Source: Gemmatimonadota bacterium (GTDB taxonomy: Bacteria > Latescibacterota > UBA2968 > UBA8231). From it: DNA of 15,153 nt. Below are positions 1 through 9,700 of the stretch, piece by piece; position 1 is the stretch's first letter; each line of letters opens with the position of its first letter. The stretch covers positions 1 to 15,153 of the forward strand of contig JAYOYH010000065.1 in NCBI GenBank assembly GCA_038153405.1, in the 5' to 3' direction. Position numbers and translations under genes: made by a program. The notes beneath the pieces are model-generated. The model saw only the letters and a program-made list of their open reading frames with translations, was not told the origin of the DNA and ran no database searches.

Positions 1-1
1 C

Positions 2-403
2 CCGCGTGCGCGCCGTGATAGCCGCCTCGACGGCGGCCGGGTCAATGTTGTAGGTCCCTGGCTCTATGTCTACGAAAACCGGAATGCCGCCCACCAGAGC
101 GACGGCACTAGCCGTGGCCACAAAGGTGTAGGAAGGCACGATGACCTCGTCGCCGATGCCGACGCCGGCCGCTTCCAAGGCGATTTGCAGCGCGGTAGTT
201 CCGCTGCTGACGGCGATGCCAAACTCGGCTTCCTGATACTGGGCAAAGGCCTTTTCAAAGGCTTCCAAGCGCTCGCCCATAAACCAGCGCCGGCTGTGCA
301 ACACATCGGATAGAGCCTTCTCTTCGCTCTCGCCGAAGATGGGCCAGGCGGTGAACGGTTTGGTACGCACGGGCGTGCCGCCGCACATAGCTAACTGAGA
401 CAT
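2..403 (-). CDS. DegT/DnrJ/EryC1/StrS family PLP-dependent aminotransferase (RifK/AHBA-synthase-like), N-terminal part; runs off the left edge
   Basis: Not in the ORF track. Manual translation from ATG at 403: MSQLAMCGGTPVRTKPFTAWPIFGESEEKAL...AVSSGTTALQIALEAAGVGIGDEVIVPSYTFVATASAVALVGGIPVFVDIEPGTYNIDPAAVEAAITARTR. SGT-AL, GDEVIVP-TF-AT and PVFVD motifs are diagnostic. GGAGA RBS at 411-415. Confidence 0.93.
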   Translation of the reverse strand, partial: MSQLAMCGGTPVRTKPFTAWPIFGESEEKALSDVLHSRRWFMGERLEAFEKAFAQYQEAEFGIAVSSGTTALQIALEAAGVGIGDEVIVPSYTFVATASAVALVGGIPVFVDIEPGTYNIDPAAVEAAITARTR

Positions 404-496
404 AGTGTATTCTCCGCTCGAATACGTGGCAGGATAGGATGCCAATGGGTGGGTTGACTGGCGCACGGCCGAACCTAGGGCAGACAGCTGAGAGGG

Positions 497-1786
497 TCAA
501 GCGGTGCGGTCCTGGGTGCGACGGAACGATTCGGGTATGATCGCGCGCACGGCGTCGATAATGAGGTCCTCAACGCCTTCGTCAAAGCGGTTGGGTAGAC
601 CAAAGTACGGCGTGGCGCCGCCGGCTTCGTAGCCGCCTTCGCGCCAAACGCGGCGCGAGGGAATATAGCCGGGGAAATCGTTGGCATAGGCGCCGACCCA
701 CAGGCGCTGTGCTGCGTAGTATTGACGAAGCCTGAGTGCGTAGTCGGCGACGACTTCACCGGAAAAAAAGACCATGGATAGCGCGTCGCCTAGCGTCCAC
801 ACTTGAATGGGGTAGGAGTAGGATTGGGGCAGCGTTTGGCCGCGCTCGATGTGCGCCAGCCATTGGGCGGCGTGGTAGCCTACGGCGCCGCCCTCAGCGC
901 TACGCGCCCGCCATTCATCAGGCGTGGGCAGCGCGTCGTAGGGCAGGTCCACGCGGCATGTATGCGATGCGAGTGTGCCGCCGATGGGTGCGAACGAGCC
1001 GGATAGCCGATGACGCACCTCGCTGGCGACGTTGGCCGCGTGTTGGCGCACGTAGTCCATGCCGGTGCGCGGAAAGGGGTTGGCGTCTGCGGCACAGCCG
1101 ATCGAGACAAAGGCCGTCGCACCGGGGAAATCAGCCTCGATAAGGCGCTGCGCGTGACCGGCCCAGTCGCCGCTGACGTAGTTGTCTTCGCCGCTCAACG
1201 TCGTGCAGTGACAGGCATAGCTGAGCCAGACGCCGCGCAGGTTGCCGGCGCTGTCGTCGATGCGCAGCAGCGGCATGGCGTGGTCCACGGGTCCGACCTG
1301 GGCGCGCCGGTTGGCGGCAAAGCCCACCTGGCCGGTAGCGTAGGACAAGGAGCCGGCAAAGCGGTCGTTCAAGGCCTGCGCACCCACGTCGACCAACGCC
1401 GCTATGAGCTGTTCGGTATAGCGGTCTATACGAGACTGGTGATCGGTGGGAATATCTTCGCTAAAGAGCATGGGCAGGGTCTCGCTGAGACAGGGGCCCG
1501 TATGCGTATGGCTGTAGCAGACCAGCAGGTGTTCGGCTATGAGTCCGGTGCGTGCGTGCAGCTGGGCGGCCACGCGATCCTTCAACCACTGGTTTATACC
1601 GCAGTTTTCCAGCGTTAGCAGGAGCAGGGGGCTGTGCTCACCCAGCGCCAACGCCTTGGCGTAGAGGCGCGTTTCGATCTGTGCCGTCTCTTCGCGTCGG
1701 CTGCCGTAGCCGCTCAGGCGAATCGGTTCGGTCGGCGTTATATCGACTGTGGCAATGCCAATGGAAAGGGGTGCTGCGTATGCCAT
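497..1786 (-). CDS. Neutral/alkaline non-lysosomal ceramidase N-terminal-domain family protein (metal-dependent hydrolase, substrate unknown)
   Basis: 429-aa ORF with VDITP, L-GYG-R, SHTHTGP, YACHCTT, SGDW-G, GC-AD-NP, GEVV, GYIPS and GGYE motifs. GGAGA RBS upstream; no obvious signal peptide. Confidence 0.85.
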   Translation of the reverse strand: MAYAAPLSIGIATVDITPTEPIRLSGYGSRREETAQIETRLYAKALALGEHSPLLLLTLENCGINQWLKDRVAAQLHARTGLIAEHLLVCYSHTHTGPCLSETLPMLFSEDIPTDHQSRIDRYTEQLIAALVDVGAQALNDRFAGSLSYATGQVGFAANRRAQVGPVDHAMPLLRIDDSAGNLRGVWLSYACHCTTLSGEDNYVSGDWAGHAQRLIEADFPGATAFVSIGCAADANPFPRTGMDYVRQHAANVASEVRHRLSGSFAPIGGTLASHTCRVDLPYDALPTPDEWRARSAEGGAVGYHAAQWLAHIERGQTLPQSYSYPIQVWTLGDALSMVFFSGEVVADYALRLRQYYAAQRLWVGAYANDFPGYIPSRRVWREGGYEAGGATPYFGLPNRFDEGVEDLIIDAVRAIIPESFRRTQDRTA

Positions 1787-1971
1787 GCCGTTCTCCGCGT
1801 TAAATGCAATCGGTTGGCCAGCCAGCCGAGTCGTTGCAAGGCGGCCAGCGGACAGGTGGTGCTGGTTAAGTATACCGGATTCTGCCGGTGATCATCTTCG
1901 GGGTGAATGCACTCGTGGGGCGCGCCAAACGCCTTGCACTGGCGAAAGTCATCTTCGCGCAAATGAAGAAA

Positions 1972-2143
1972 AGGGCCAGCTGCTGTCGAAGATTCGCCAG
2001 CAGCACAGCGCAGCGGAACTGCCCATTATTAGAGCAACGGCCGGCGCGTTTGCCGACCAGCACAGCGAATGCATCGAGGCCGGCATGGAGACGTTTTGGC
2101 AATGGCCTTCCCAACAGAGCAACTATTAAGTATTCTATCTTAA
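1972..2143 (+). pseudogene. Remnant of the C-terminal half of a receiver (REC) domain, frameshifted
   Basis: Reads GQLLSKIRQQHSAAELPIIRATAGAFADQHSECIEAGM, then after a 1-nt shift near 2090 DVLAMAFPTEQLLSILS*. Fits the REC pattern IR...LPIIA-TA-AF--D---C-EAGMDD-L-KPF--EQL. N-terminal acidic pocket and phospho-Asp absent. Confidence 0.65.
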
Positions 2144-2162
2144 TGTGAGCGTCGAATATAAT
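2125..2162 (+). promoter_or_regulatory. Candidate promoter/operator of the porin operon
   Basis: Perfect TATAAT at 2157-2162, poor -35, and an inverted repeat ATTAAG-N8-CTTAAT (2125-2144) over the -35 position. Confidence 0.35.
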
Positions 2163-2278
2163 ATGCTTATGGCAACGTATTGTCGGATAGCAATTTATTG
2201 CTGGCGTCTGCTGTCGCATGGCGAAGCGGTTAACCGGAGTGCGACCTGTGTCCCACTTAAGCGTAGAGAGGCTTAACA

Positions 2279-3298
2279 TTGGTAAAAATAGTAGATTGCC
2301 GCCGTTGGCTGCTGGCGATTGTGGTTTTCTCGTGCTTGCAGCAGCCGGTAACGGCGCAAAATATTGGCACGGTGCTGCAGGTATCCAGCACGCGGGCAGA
2401 AGATGGCGGAGCCTTCACGTTTGGGTTTGACCGGGTATTTGTATCGGTGCGATCGAAGGTGAACGACTACGCCTCGTATAAGGTTATGGTCGATTTCAAC
2501 AAGCAGTTTAACAAGTGGAAAGATGGACAGGCGGATATCGCCGATTTCGTCGACCCCAAAGACGGCGAAACGGCGACCTTTCTCAAAGATGCGGTGATCA
2601 CCTTTAAATTACCTGACTACGCTCGTTGGAGTCTGTCCGTGGGCAAATTTAAAACGCCCGCCGGCATGGAGTTTGCCGCGCCGGCGCCCAAATTGGACTT
2701 CGTCAAGCGCGGTTTGGGACAGGGGTTGGTATTTGATCGCAATCCCGGCCTTATGGTTGAGGGCACGGGCCTGAGCTCCGTGGGCATTGGCGTTGCCGCT
2801 GGCCTCTTCAATGCCGGGCCGAACAAAGCCAACGGCATTGGCTCTTCAGCAGAGGGCGATTACACGCTGGTCGGCCGGGTCAGTGCCGATCCGAGCAAGC
2901 AGCTGCACGCGCAGGCCTATTGGGGACGCGCCATGACGAGCATTGCCAACCAGAGCCCGGTGCAACTGGTGGGTATAGGAACTCAAGTGGGCGTTGGGCA
3001 TTCTATGAAGCTAAAAGGCGAATATATGCTGCGCGACGATCCCAACAACGCAGCGGCAGATGGCTCCAATGCCTACGTCCAGGCGACGTATCAGATCAAG
3101 CCGAGACTGCAGGCCGGACTCAAGTGGGAAATGTTTGACGTGACGAACAAGGCGCAGGATCGCACGGACCTGACGTTCGGCCTCAGCCTATTTTCCGACG
3201 CAAAAAAGCCACAGGCGGCCAAAATCCAGATCAACTACGTAGCGTCGGATGCAAAAGGCAAAGATGCCATACAACTGCTTTTTCAGGCATCGATGTAA
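2279..3298 (+). CDS. Outer-membrane porin, OprO/OprP (phosphate-selective porin) superfamily-like
   Basis: TTG start behind GAGAGG, signal peptide ending VTA-Q, LKDA-I, VGKFKTPAGME and LDFVKR (cf. GQFK-PF-LE / FMER of OprO/P-like porins), alternating amphipathic beta strands. Confidence 0.75.
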   Translation: MVKIVDCRRWLLAIVVFSCLQQPVTAQNIGTVLQVSSTRAEDGGAFTFGFDRVFVSVRSKVNDYASYKVMVDFNKQFNKWKDGQADIADFVDPKDGETATFLKDAVITFKLPDYARWSLSVGKFKTPAGMEFAAPAPKLDFVKRGLGQGLVFDRNPGLMVEGTGLSSVGIGVAAGLFNAGPNKANGIGSSAEGDYTLVGRVSADPSKQLHAQAYWGRAMTSIANQSPVQLVGIGTQVGVGHSMKLKGEYMLRDDPNNAAADGSNAYVQATYQIKPRLQAGLKWEMFDVTNKAQDRTDLTFGLSLFSDAKKPQAAKIQINYVASDAKGKDAIQLLFQASM

Positions 3299-3349
3299 GT
3301 CTGTCCAACACGGGTAATTTTAATGGCCGTTGGCCAAGTTGAGGTCCAT

Positions 3350-4183
3350 GTGAAAACCGCTATACTGTGCGCACTTCTATCCGTGCTGGTTTCATCGGCT
3401 TTGCAAGCGCAAGAAAAATCAGAGACCCTGACGTTTGGCATTGTGCCGCAGCAGTCGGCTGCGGTGCTGGTCAAGCTATGGGCGCCCATTTTGCAGTATG
3501 TGGGCGACCGGGCCGACTGCAAATTGGTATTCAAAACCGCCAAAGATATCCCTGCGTTTGAGGAGCGCTTACTCGCAGGTGAGTACGACATGGCCTACAT
3601 GAATCCGTACCACTACACGGTCGCGCACGAGAGACAGGGCTATGCGGCCTTTGCCAATCAGTCCAACAAAAAGATTCGCGGTATTATCGTGGTAAAAGCG
3701 GACAGCCCGATCCAAGAACTGGCCGAATTGGATGGCACCGAAATGTGCTTTCCCAGCCCGGCGGCATTTGCCGCCTCTATTGTCCCGCAGGCCTATTTGG
3801 GCAAGCAAAACGTGCAGATCCGGCCCAAATACGTTTCGTCGCACGACTCGGTGTATCGCAACGTCGCGCTGGGGCGTTACGCAGCCGGGGGGGGCATTGA
3901 GCGCACACTTGCCAATGTAGACGAAGACGTGCGAAAGGCTCTGCGCGTTCTCTACAAGACAGAAGGGTACACGCCGCATGCCATTGCCGCCCATCCGCGG
4001 ATCGATAGCGCGCGGGTGGCCGCCGTAGGCGCGGCGCTATTTGCCATGGCGAGCGATTCGCTAGGGACGTCGCTGTTGCAGGGTTTGAAGTTCGATGGCG
4101 TGCAGCCAGCGCACAATGCGGACTGGGACGACGTTCGTGCACTGGAAATAGAAAAAGTGTTGGGCACGGTTCTTCGGCAATGA
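3350..4183 (+). CDS. Phosphate/phosphite/phosphonate-type (PhnD-like) periplasmic substrate-binding protein
   Basis: Signal peptide (LQA-Q), LTFGIVPQ, YD-AYMNPYHY, GIIVVKADSPI--L-EL-G, SHDSV, PHAIAAHP motifs. In-frame GTG at 3350 behind GAGGT preferred to the ATG at 3323. Confidence 0.88.
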   Translation: MKTAILCALLSVLVSSALQAQEKSETLTFGIVPQQSAAVLVKLWAPILQYVGDRADCKLVFKTAKDIPAFEERLLAGEYDMAYMNPYHYTVAHERQGYAAFANQSNKKIRGIIVVKADSPIQELAELDGTEMCFPSPAAFAASIVPQAYLGKQNVQIRPKYVSSHDSVYRNVALGRYAAGGGIERTLANVDEDVRKALRVLYKTEGYTPHAIAAHPRIDSARVAAVGAALFAMASDSLGTSLLQGLKFDGVQPAHNADWDDVRALEIEKVLGTVLRQ

Positions 4184-4244
4184 TTCAGCTCTTTGGCGGG
4201 TGGTTCAGCGTGTTTATATAGCAGTAAATGACCTATAGAATCCT

Positions 4245-6548
4245 ATGTCCTTCCGAATAAAAACCATTTTGGGCGTCGCCCTAATCGAAGCAATCCTTCT
4301 GGTCTTGCTAGTCACAGAAGCACTCAACTTTCTCTACGCTACAAATTCTCAAGCTCTGTTTGATCGCGCCCACTCGACGGCAAAACAATTTTCTCTCTCA
4401 GTGCAGAACGACGTTATATCGGAAGATTTGGCCTCTTTAGAGTCTTCTGTAGCGGCATTATACGAGTCAAAAGACGTTGTGTATTGCCGCATATTGAGTA
4501 CGTCGGGTGGCATTCTGGCTGAATCGGGCGATGCGCAGCTATTGGCAGTGTCTTTTGACGAAGATACGGCCATTGGCGACGTGACGGACGGCGTGCTCGA
4601 CGTGCAGATACCCGTTGAAGTTGAAGGGTATGCCTTTGGCGAAGTTCAAATGGGCTTTTCTACGGCACCGTTAACCGAGATCATAGAAAAATCCCGCACG
4701 GAAATGGTGTTTATCGCCTTGGCCGAGATGGGTCTGGTAGCGCTGTTTTCATTTTTCTTGGGCACGTACTTAACCCGACAGCTACAGGCTTTGCGCGATG
4801 GAGCCCAGCGCCTGGCTGAAGGCGCATTGGGCACGACGCTTCCCGTATCGGGGAGCGACGAGTTGGCCGATACGGCGCGCAGCTTTAACCACATGTCCAC
4901 AGAGTTGTTGCGCTCCGAGCAGCAGATTTTGGAACAGTCTCAGCTGTTTCAAGATTTAGTGCAAACGTCTTCGGACTGGTTTTGGACGACGGATACAGAC
5001 GGGCGTATAGACAGCCTATCGAGTGGTTTTTACGCCTCGGTGCGTGCACCCGAAAAAGATATTATTGGCAGAGACTGGTCCGATGTTATTGACAATGCAT
5101 CGAGCGATCAGAGTGGACAGGCCAAACGCGTGCAGCGCTCAGTGGAAGAACAACAAGTATTTCGCGATATCATTTACAAGTGGACAGATCACAGCGGGGC
5201 AGAGCGCTGGATAAATCTGAACGGAAAGCCTGCTCAGGATGCGGAAGGTCAGTATGTTGGTTTCCGCGGCACCGGCAGAGATGTGACAGACGCTGTCGTG
5301 CGCGAGCAGCAACTCACACAAGCCAATCTGCTGGCGCGCGAGGGCCTGCGTGCGAAAGATCGATTTCTGGCGAATATGAGCCACGAACTGCGCACGCCGC
5401 TCAACGCCGTATTGGGCATGCACGAACTGCTGCGCAATGCCAATTTGACGGATCAGGAACGCGTCTACTTAGACAATATCAAGGGTGGCGGTAAGGCGTT
5501 GCTCAATATTGTGTCTGAGATATTGGAAGTCGCGCGATTGGAAGATGAGCAGATCGAACTTATCGAACAGCCCTTTGACCTGGTCAGTCTGGTTGAGCAA
5601 GCCGTGGAGCCATTTGAAGAGAGTGCTCGCCAACGAAACAATACGCTGCGCTGGCAGATCGAACCCAGAGAAAGCGTCACGTTAGTGGGGGACGTCGCTC
5701 GTTTGCGCCGAGTTATAACCAATCTGCTGAGCAACGCCACCAAATTTTGCTACGATGGCGCAATAGAAATAACAACTAAATTACTGCCGGTCTCTGGGTA
5801 CGATCACGTTCTATTGCACTTTGCTATAAAAGATACGGGCATAGGTATTGCCGCCGGCGATTTAGATCGCGTATTTGACCCATTTTTTCAGGTTGATACC
5901 AGTTCGAAACGCGAATACGGTGGAACGGGACTGGGATTGACCATTATGAAGCGCATCGTCAATGGTATGCAAGGAAAGTACGGTATCGAATCGAAACCCA
6001 GAATGGGCACAAGCGTTTGGTTTGAAGTGCCTCTTACCAGGTCGGTCGATACCTCCGAAGATGTCGAGATAGACAGCGGCGATTACGAAGCGCGCATTGC
6101 CAACCGCGGAGGAGGACCGCTGCGGATTCTCGTAGCCGAAGACAACCCGATGAACCTGCTACTGATCCGAAAGATATTAGAGCGAACCGGTGCAAAGGTA
6201 ACGGTTGCAAACAATGGGCAAGAAGCCGTGCAGGCGGTGCAACAAGATCTGTTCGATATAGTCTTGATGGATATACAGATGCCCGAGATGGATGGCATAG
6301 AAGCGACACAGTATATACGAAGACACATTGCCAGCAAGAGGCAACTGCCCATTCTCGCCGTGACGGCCAATGCCATGGATGGCGATCGCGAAAAATATTT
6401 CGCCGCTGGCATGGATGGCTATGTTTCAAAGCCAATCGACAAAAACGTTTTATTCAGCGAAATCGAGCGTTTGGCACCAAGCGATAAAAAGGATTCGACT
6501 CTGCCCGATGCGTCTCGCCACCGTAGCGGTAATTCATCTGACTCTTAG
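4245..6548 (+). CDS. Membrane-bound hybrid sensor histidine kinase (TM-periplasmic domain-TM-HAMP-PAS-HisKA-HATPase_c-REC)
   Basis: Two hydrophobic segments, HAMP (DELADTARSFNHM), PAS (SDWFWTTD...GFRGTGRDVT), H-box ANMSHELRTPLN, N-box NLLSNATKF, G1 DTGIGI, F-box FDPFFQ, G2 GGTGLGL, REC (AEDN, LMDIQMPEMDG, TA, SKP). Confidence 0.97.
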   Translation: MSFRIKTILGVALIEAILLVLLVTEALNFLYATNSQALFDRAHSTAKQFSLSVQNDVISEDLASLESSVAALYESKDVVYCRILSTSGGILAESGDAQLLAVSFDEDTAIGDVTDGVLDVQIPVEVEGYAFGEVQMGFSTAPLTEIIEKSRTEMVFIALAEMGLVALFSFFLGTYLTRQLQALRDGAQRLAEGALGTTLPVSGSDELADTARSFNHMSTELLRSEQQILEQSQLFQDLVQTSSDWFWTTDTDGRIDSLSSGFYASVRAPEKDIIGRDWSDVIDNASSDQSGQAKRVQRSVEEQQVFRDIIYKWTDHSGAERWINLNGKPAQDAEGQYVGFRGTGRDVTDAVVREQQLTQANLLAREGLRAKDRFLANMSHELRTPLNAVLGMHELLRNANLTDQERVYLDNIKGGGKALLNIVSEILEVARLEDEQIELIEQPFDLVSLVEQAVEPFEESARQRNNTLRWQIEPRESVTLVGDVARLRRVITNLLSNATKFCYDGAIEITTKLLPVSGYDHVLLHFAIKDTGIGIAAGDLDRVFDPFFQVDTSSKREYGGTGLGLTIMKRIVNGMQGKYGIESKPRMGTSVWFEVPLTRSVDTSEDVEIDSGDYEARIANRGGGPLRILVAEDNPMNLLLIRKILERTGAKVTVANNGQEAVQAVQQDLFDIVLMDIQMPEMDGIEATQYIRRHIASKRQLPILAVTANAMDGDREKYFAAGMDGYVSKPIDKNVLFSEIERLAPSDKKDSTLPDASRHRSGNSSDS

Positions 6549-6671
6549 CCGTCGAGCGGCGCGTTGGGCAAATTTCAGACCCGCCTGCGCCTCGTCGTAG
6601 CCGATACCCGATGATAGCTCGACATCCCGTTCTGCATCCTTCTTCGAAAGCTCTTCAATAGTCCATTGGTT

Positions 6672-6708
6672 CAGACGCGCCCCGTGCTCCTAACGGAGGG
6701 CGCGTCTG
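6672..6708. terminator. GC-rich stem-loop between convergent genes, likely terminator
   Basis: Perfect 11-bp inverted repeat CAGACGCGCCC (6672-6682) / GGGCGCGTCTG (6698-6708), 26 nt past the protease stop. No strong U-tract on either strand. Confidence 0.55.
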
Positions 6709-6734
6709 CGATGCACTCCCGGTTTGTTGCGCGC

Positions 6735-9700
6735 TTATCTGAGCAACAGCATTTTGCGCGTTAATTTGCTGCTATCCATTCCACTGACGTAGCGCAGTTC
6801 ATAAAAATACACGCCCGTAGCTACTGGGCGGCCCTTGGCATCTACGCCGCGCCACCGGGCTTCATACCGGCCCGCTTGGTGCTGCTCGTCGACCAGCGTA
6901 ATGACGTGCTGCCCGGCCAAGTCGAAAATCTGCAGCCGGACTTGCCCTGCCGTAGACAGATCGTAGGGAATGGCCGTTTCCGGGTTGAAGGGGTTTGGAT
7001 GGTTTTGCCCCAGTGCGTAATGCGTCGGCCGACTTTCTCCTTCTTCCTCGACGGCCGTCGGCAATATCCCAGACTCGTCATTGACTGTAAAGGCGTGCGG
7101 AGACTGCGTGCCGCTTATGAAGAGCAGGGGCTCGCTAGTAGCACTTAGGCGATCGTCGCTCAGCGGTAGCCGCCACAGGTTGGCAGAATACACATCGCCC
7201 TCTTCGCTCCAGTATTCAAATACTACTTCGCGGTCGTTGTTGATAAAACGCGGAAAGGTGAATATGGCATCCGGGAAGGCGACGAGCTCACCCGAGGTGC
7301 CCGCGCATCGATCGAGGACATATACGGTTGTATTCGGCGCATTGTCGTCGACGACCTCGTATAATAAGCGGCAGTCGTTTATCTCGCCGTCGACGATCTG
7401 TCCCGAGAACGACGGATTGGCCAAGTGAAGTCCCGGCGGCAGCGGGGGTGACCACGAGGTCACTACTCCGTTGGCCGGGTTAACTATTTTGATATCCCAG
7501 AAGTCAATTGTACCGCCGTCAATGCCGGGCAGGCTATTATACGAGTCAAAGACGACGTATTGCCCGGCTGCGTCCCACTGAATGGCGTCGGCAAAGCGCG
7601 TCGCATAGGTGATTACATTGGATGCCGTAGTCGTGTGGTAAAGCTTGATCGCCCTGTTGTTGTCGGCGTTGTCCAAGTCGAAGAAGAACAGCGTCGAGTC
7701 TTCGTAGACCGTGGTTGCGATCAGCCGATTGCCGTCGGGTGAGAGAGCGATTGAGCCCCAATCGCCGTCGTCGTTGAGGACCTCTTCACCCTCGCCATCG
7801 CTGCCTATGAAACGCAGGTTGTTGTCGCTGTCGATAAAGAGCAGGAAACGGCCGTTCTGAGGTGCCGTTATCGCATTGCCGGTCTCGGCGAATACCTGCG
7901 TATCTGTGAGGAGTGTGCGAAATGGAGGCTCGTTGGGGTCGACGCCCGGTTTGGCGATAAACAGGCTGTTATCGCCGTCGTCGGTCGCACCCACGGAGGC
8001 CACCCAGAAGTTGCGTTCGTCTATCGGCAGTGGCCCTTCTTCGCTCGTTTCTTCGGTTGTTTCTCCAGCCGTTTCCTCGCTGGTTTCCTCGTCCGGCACG
8101 ACAATGCCCACGCCGTCAAAGGCATTGCGCACGGCTTGTAGTACCTGTGGATCGTCTGCGTAGAGGTCGGTAGCCGCTCGCTCGGCCGCCAGTCGACAGT
8201 CGACGAAATTGCTGGTGGGCGTCAGATAGTTAGTGAGCAAATGGTAGTAGATGCGCGCCGTGCGCTCTCGTCCAATGGCATCGGCCATGAGAAACGCCGC
8301 GCGGTTGGAAATACCGCTATTTATGTGCACGCCGCCGTGGTCCTCATCTTCGGGCAGGTCGGCATATTCATCCATATGGGCTGGCTGCCAGCCGTTGGGA
8401 TGGTCGCCGTTATGGGGATCTGCTAGGTTGCGCAGCGCGCCGGATGGGAAGTAGTCGGTCTTTACGATGTCTTCGCCGATCAGCCAGTCTTCATCGTCAA
8501 TCATGGCGCCAAAAATATCGGCAATCGACTCGTTGAGCGCGCCCGACTGAAAACGGTATTCGAGATTGGCCGTGTGTTCAATGACGCCGTGCGCCATTTC
8601 GTGGGCCGCCACGTCGAGGCTGCCGGACAGTGGCTCGAATACGCCGCCGCCGTCGCCGTAGGCCATGTACACGCCGTTCCAATAGGCGTTGGCCATTGAC
8701 TCGCCGTCTTCGTCCGTTACGTGCACGACCGAGATCATATTGCCGCCGATGCCGTTGATGCTATTGCGCCCGTGGATGGTGTAAAAATAGTCGTATATCT
8801 TGGCCATATTGGCGTGGGCCGAGACGGCGGTCGGATCGTCAAAGCGGTTGGAATTGCTCGTGAGCGCCGTCAGGAACTCTCCATCGGGCTGCAGCGTCCA
8901 GTGCAGGTTGGTATTGTCGACGATGTTCAGCGAGCTGGCAGTAGACGCGGTTGCGTCGATTAAGTAGTACGCATCGCCGCTCTGAAATGTGTTGAGCTGG
9001 ACTTCTTGGCCGTCGAGCCCAACGCCCGATCCCATCGTGGGACCGTCGGTCGGCGAGAATTGATATTTGTCGAGTACCTCGCCGCTGAGGGCATCGACGA
9101 AGTAGCGCCAACGCTCGTAGGTGTTTGGACGCATCTCCACCTTCCATACCAAATGGGGCATGCTGGTCGGCGTTTTGCTCCATATGTAGAGTTCGGCACT
9201 GGGTCCGTCGTAGGCGAGCAGTTCCCGCAGACCTTGGCTCAGGGGCTGCACCTGTTTGCCGTAGGCGCTCATGGCACTGGCAATGGCCTGTGCCGTCGTG
9301 ATGGCGGGCTCCACGCTGGAAAGGCGCGCTGGCGTGGGTCGATAGCGACCGTTGATGGCAAACAGCCCCTGATCGCCGCTGACGTGGCCGACCAAGGCCG
9401 CGCCCCAAATCGGCACGTCTCTGTAGCGCTGCGCAAACGTGATGTGTTCGCGTCCGCCGGCGTCGGTGCGCTCGCGCTGGACGGCTAGCTCGAGTCGGGG
9501 CTGGCGCAGGTTAAAGAGGCCGGCATTGGCTTCGACGAAGCTAAGCACCTGCTCCGCGCTCGACAGGCCAGAGGCCCGTTTGGCCGCGCCGGCCCCGCCC
9601 TTGGCCTGCATAAATATGGGCGTGCTGGTGGTCTCGTCGATCCACAGATCCCATTCGCCCTGTTCGGTTACGGCAACTTTGCCCGCGCTGGCTTGGGTTG

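Noticed and set aside
2130..2278. Pho box upstream of the phosphate-porin-like gene
   Set aside because: No CTGTCAT-like direct repeats at 11-bp spacing found.
1866..2279. 137-aa minus-strand ORF and the 126-aa plus ORF 1749-2129 as real genes
   Set aside because: No recognisable family or RBS; the only protein-like signal is the REC remnant on the plus strand.
6534..6670. Minus-strand open stretch QWTIEELSKKDAERDVELSSGIGYDEAQAGLKFAQRAARRLRVR*, vaguely like a small addiction-module protein tail
   Set aside because: No start codon after the upstream in-frame stop, and similarity too weak to support without a search.
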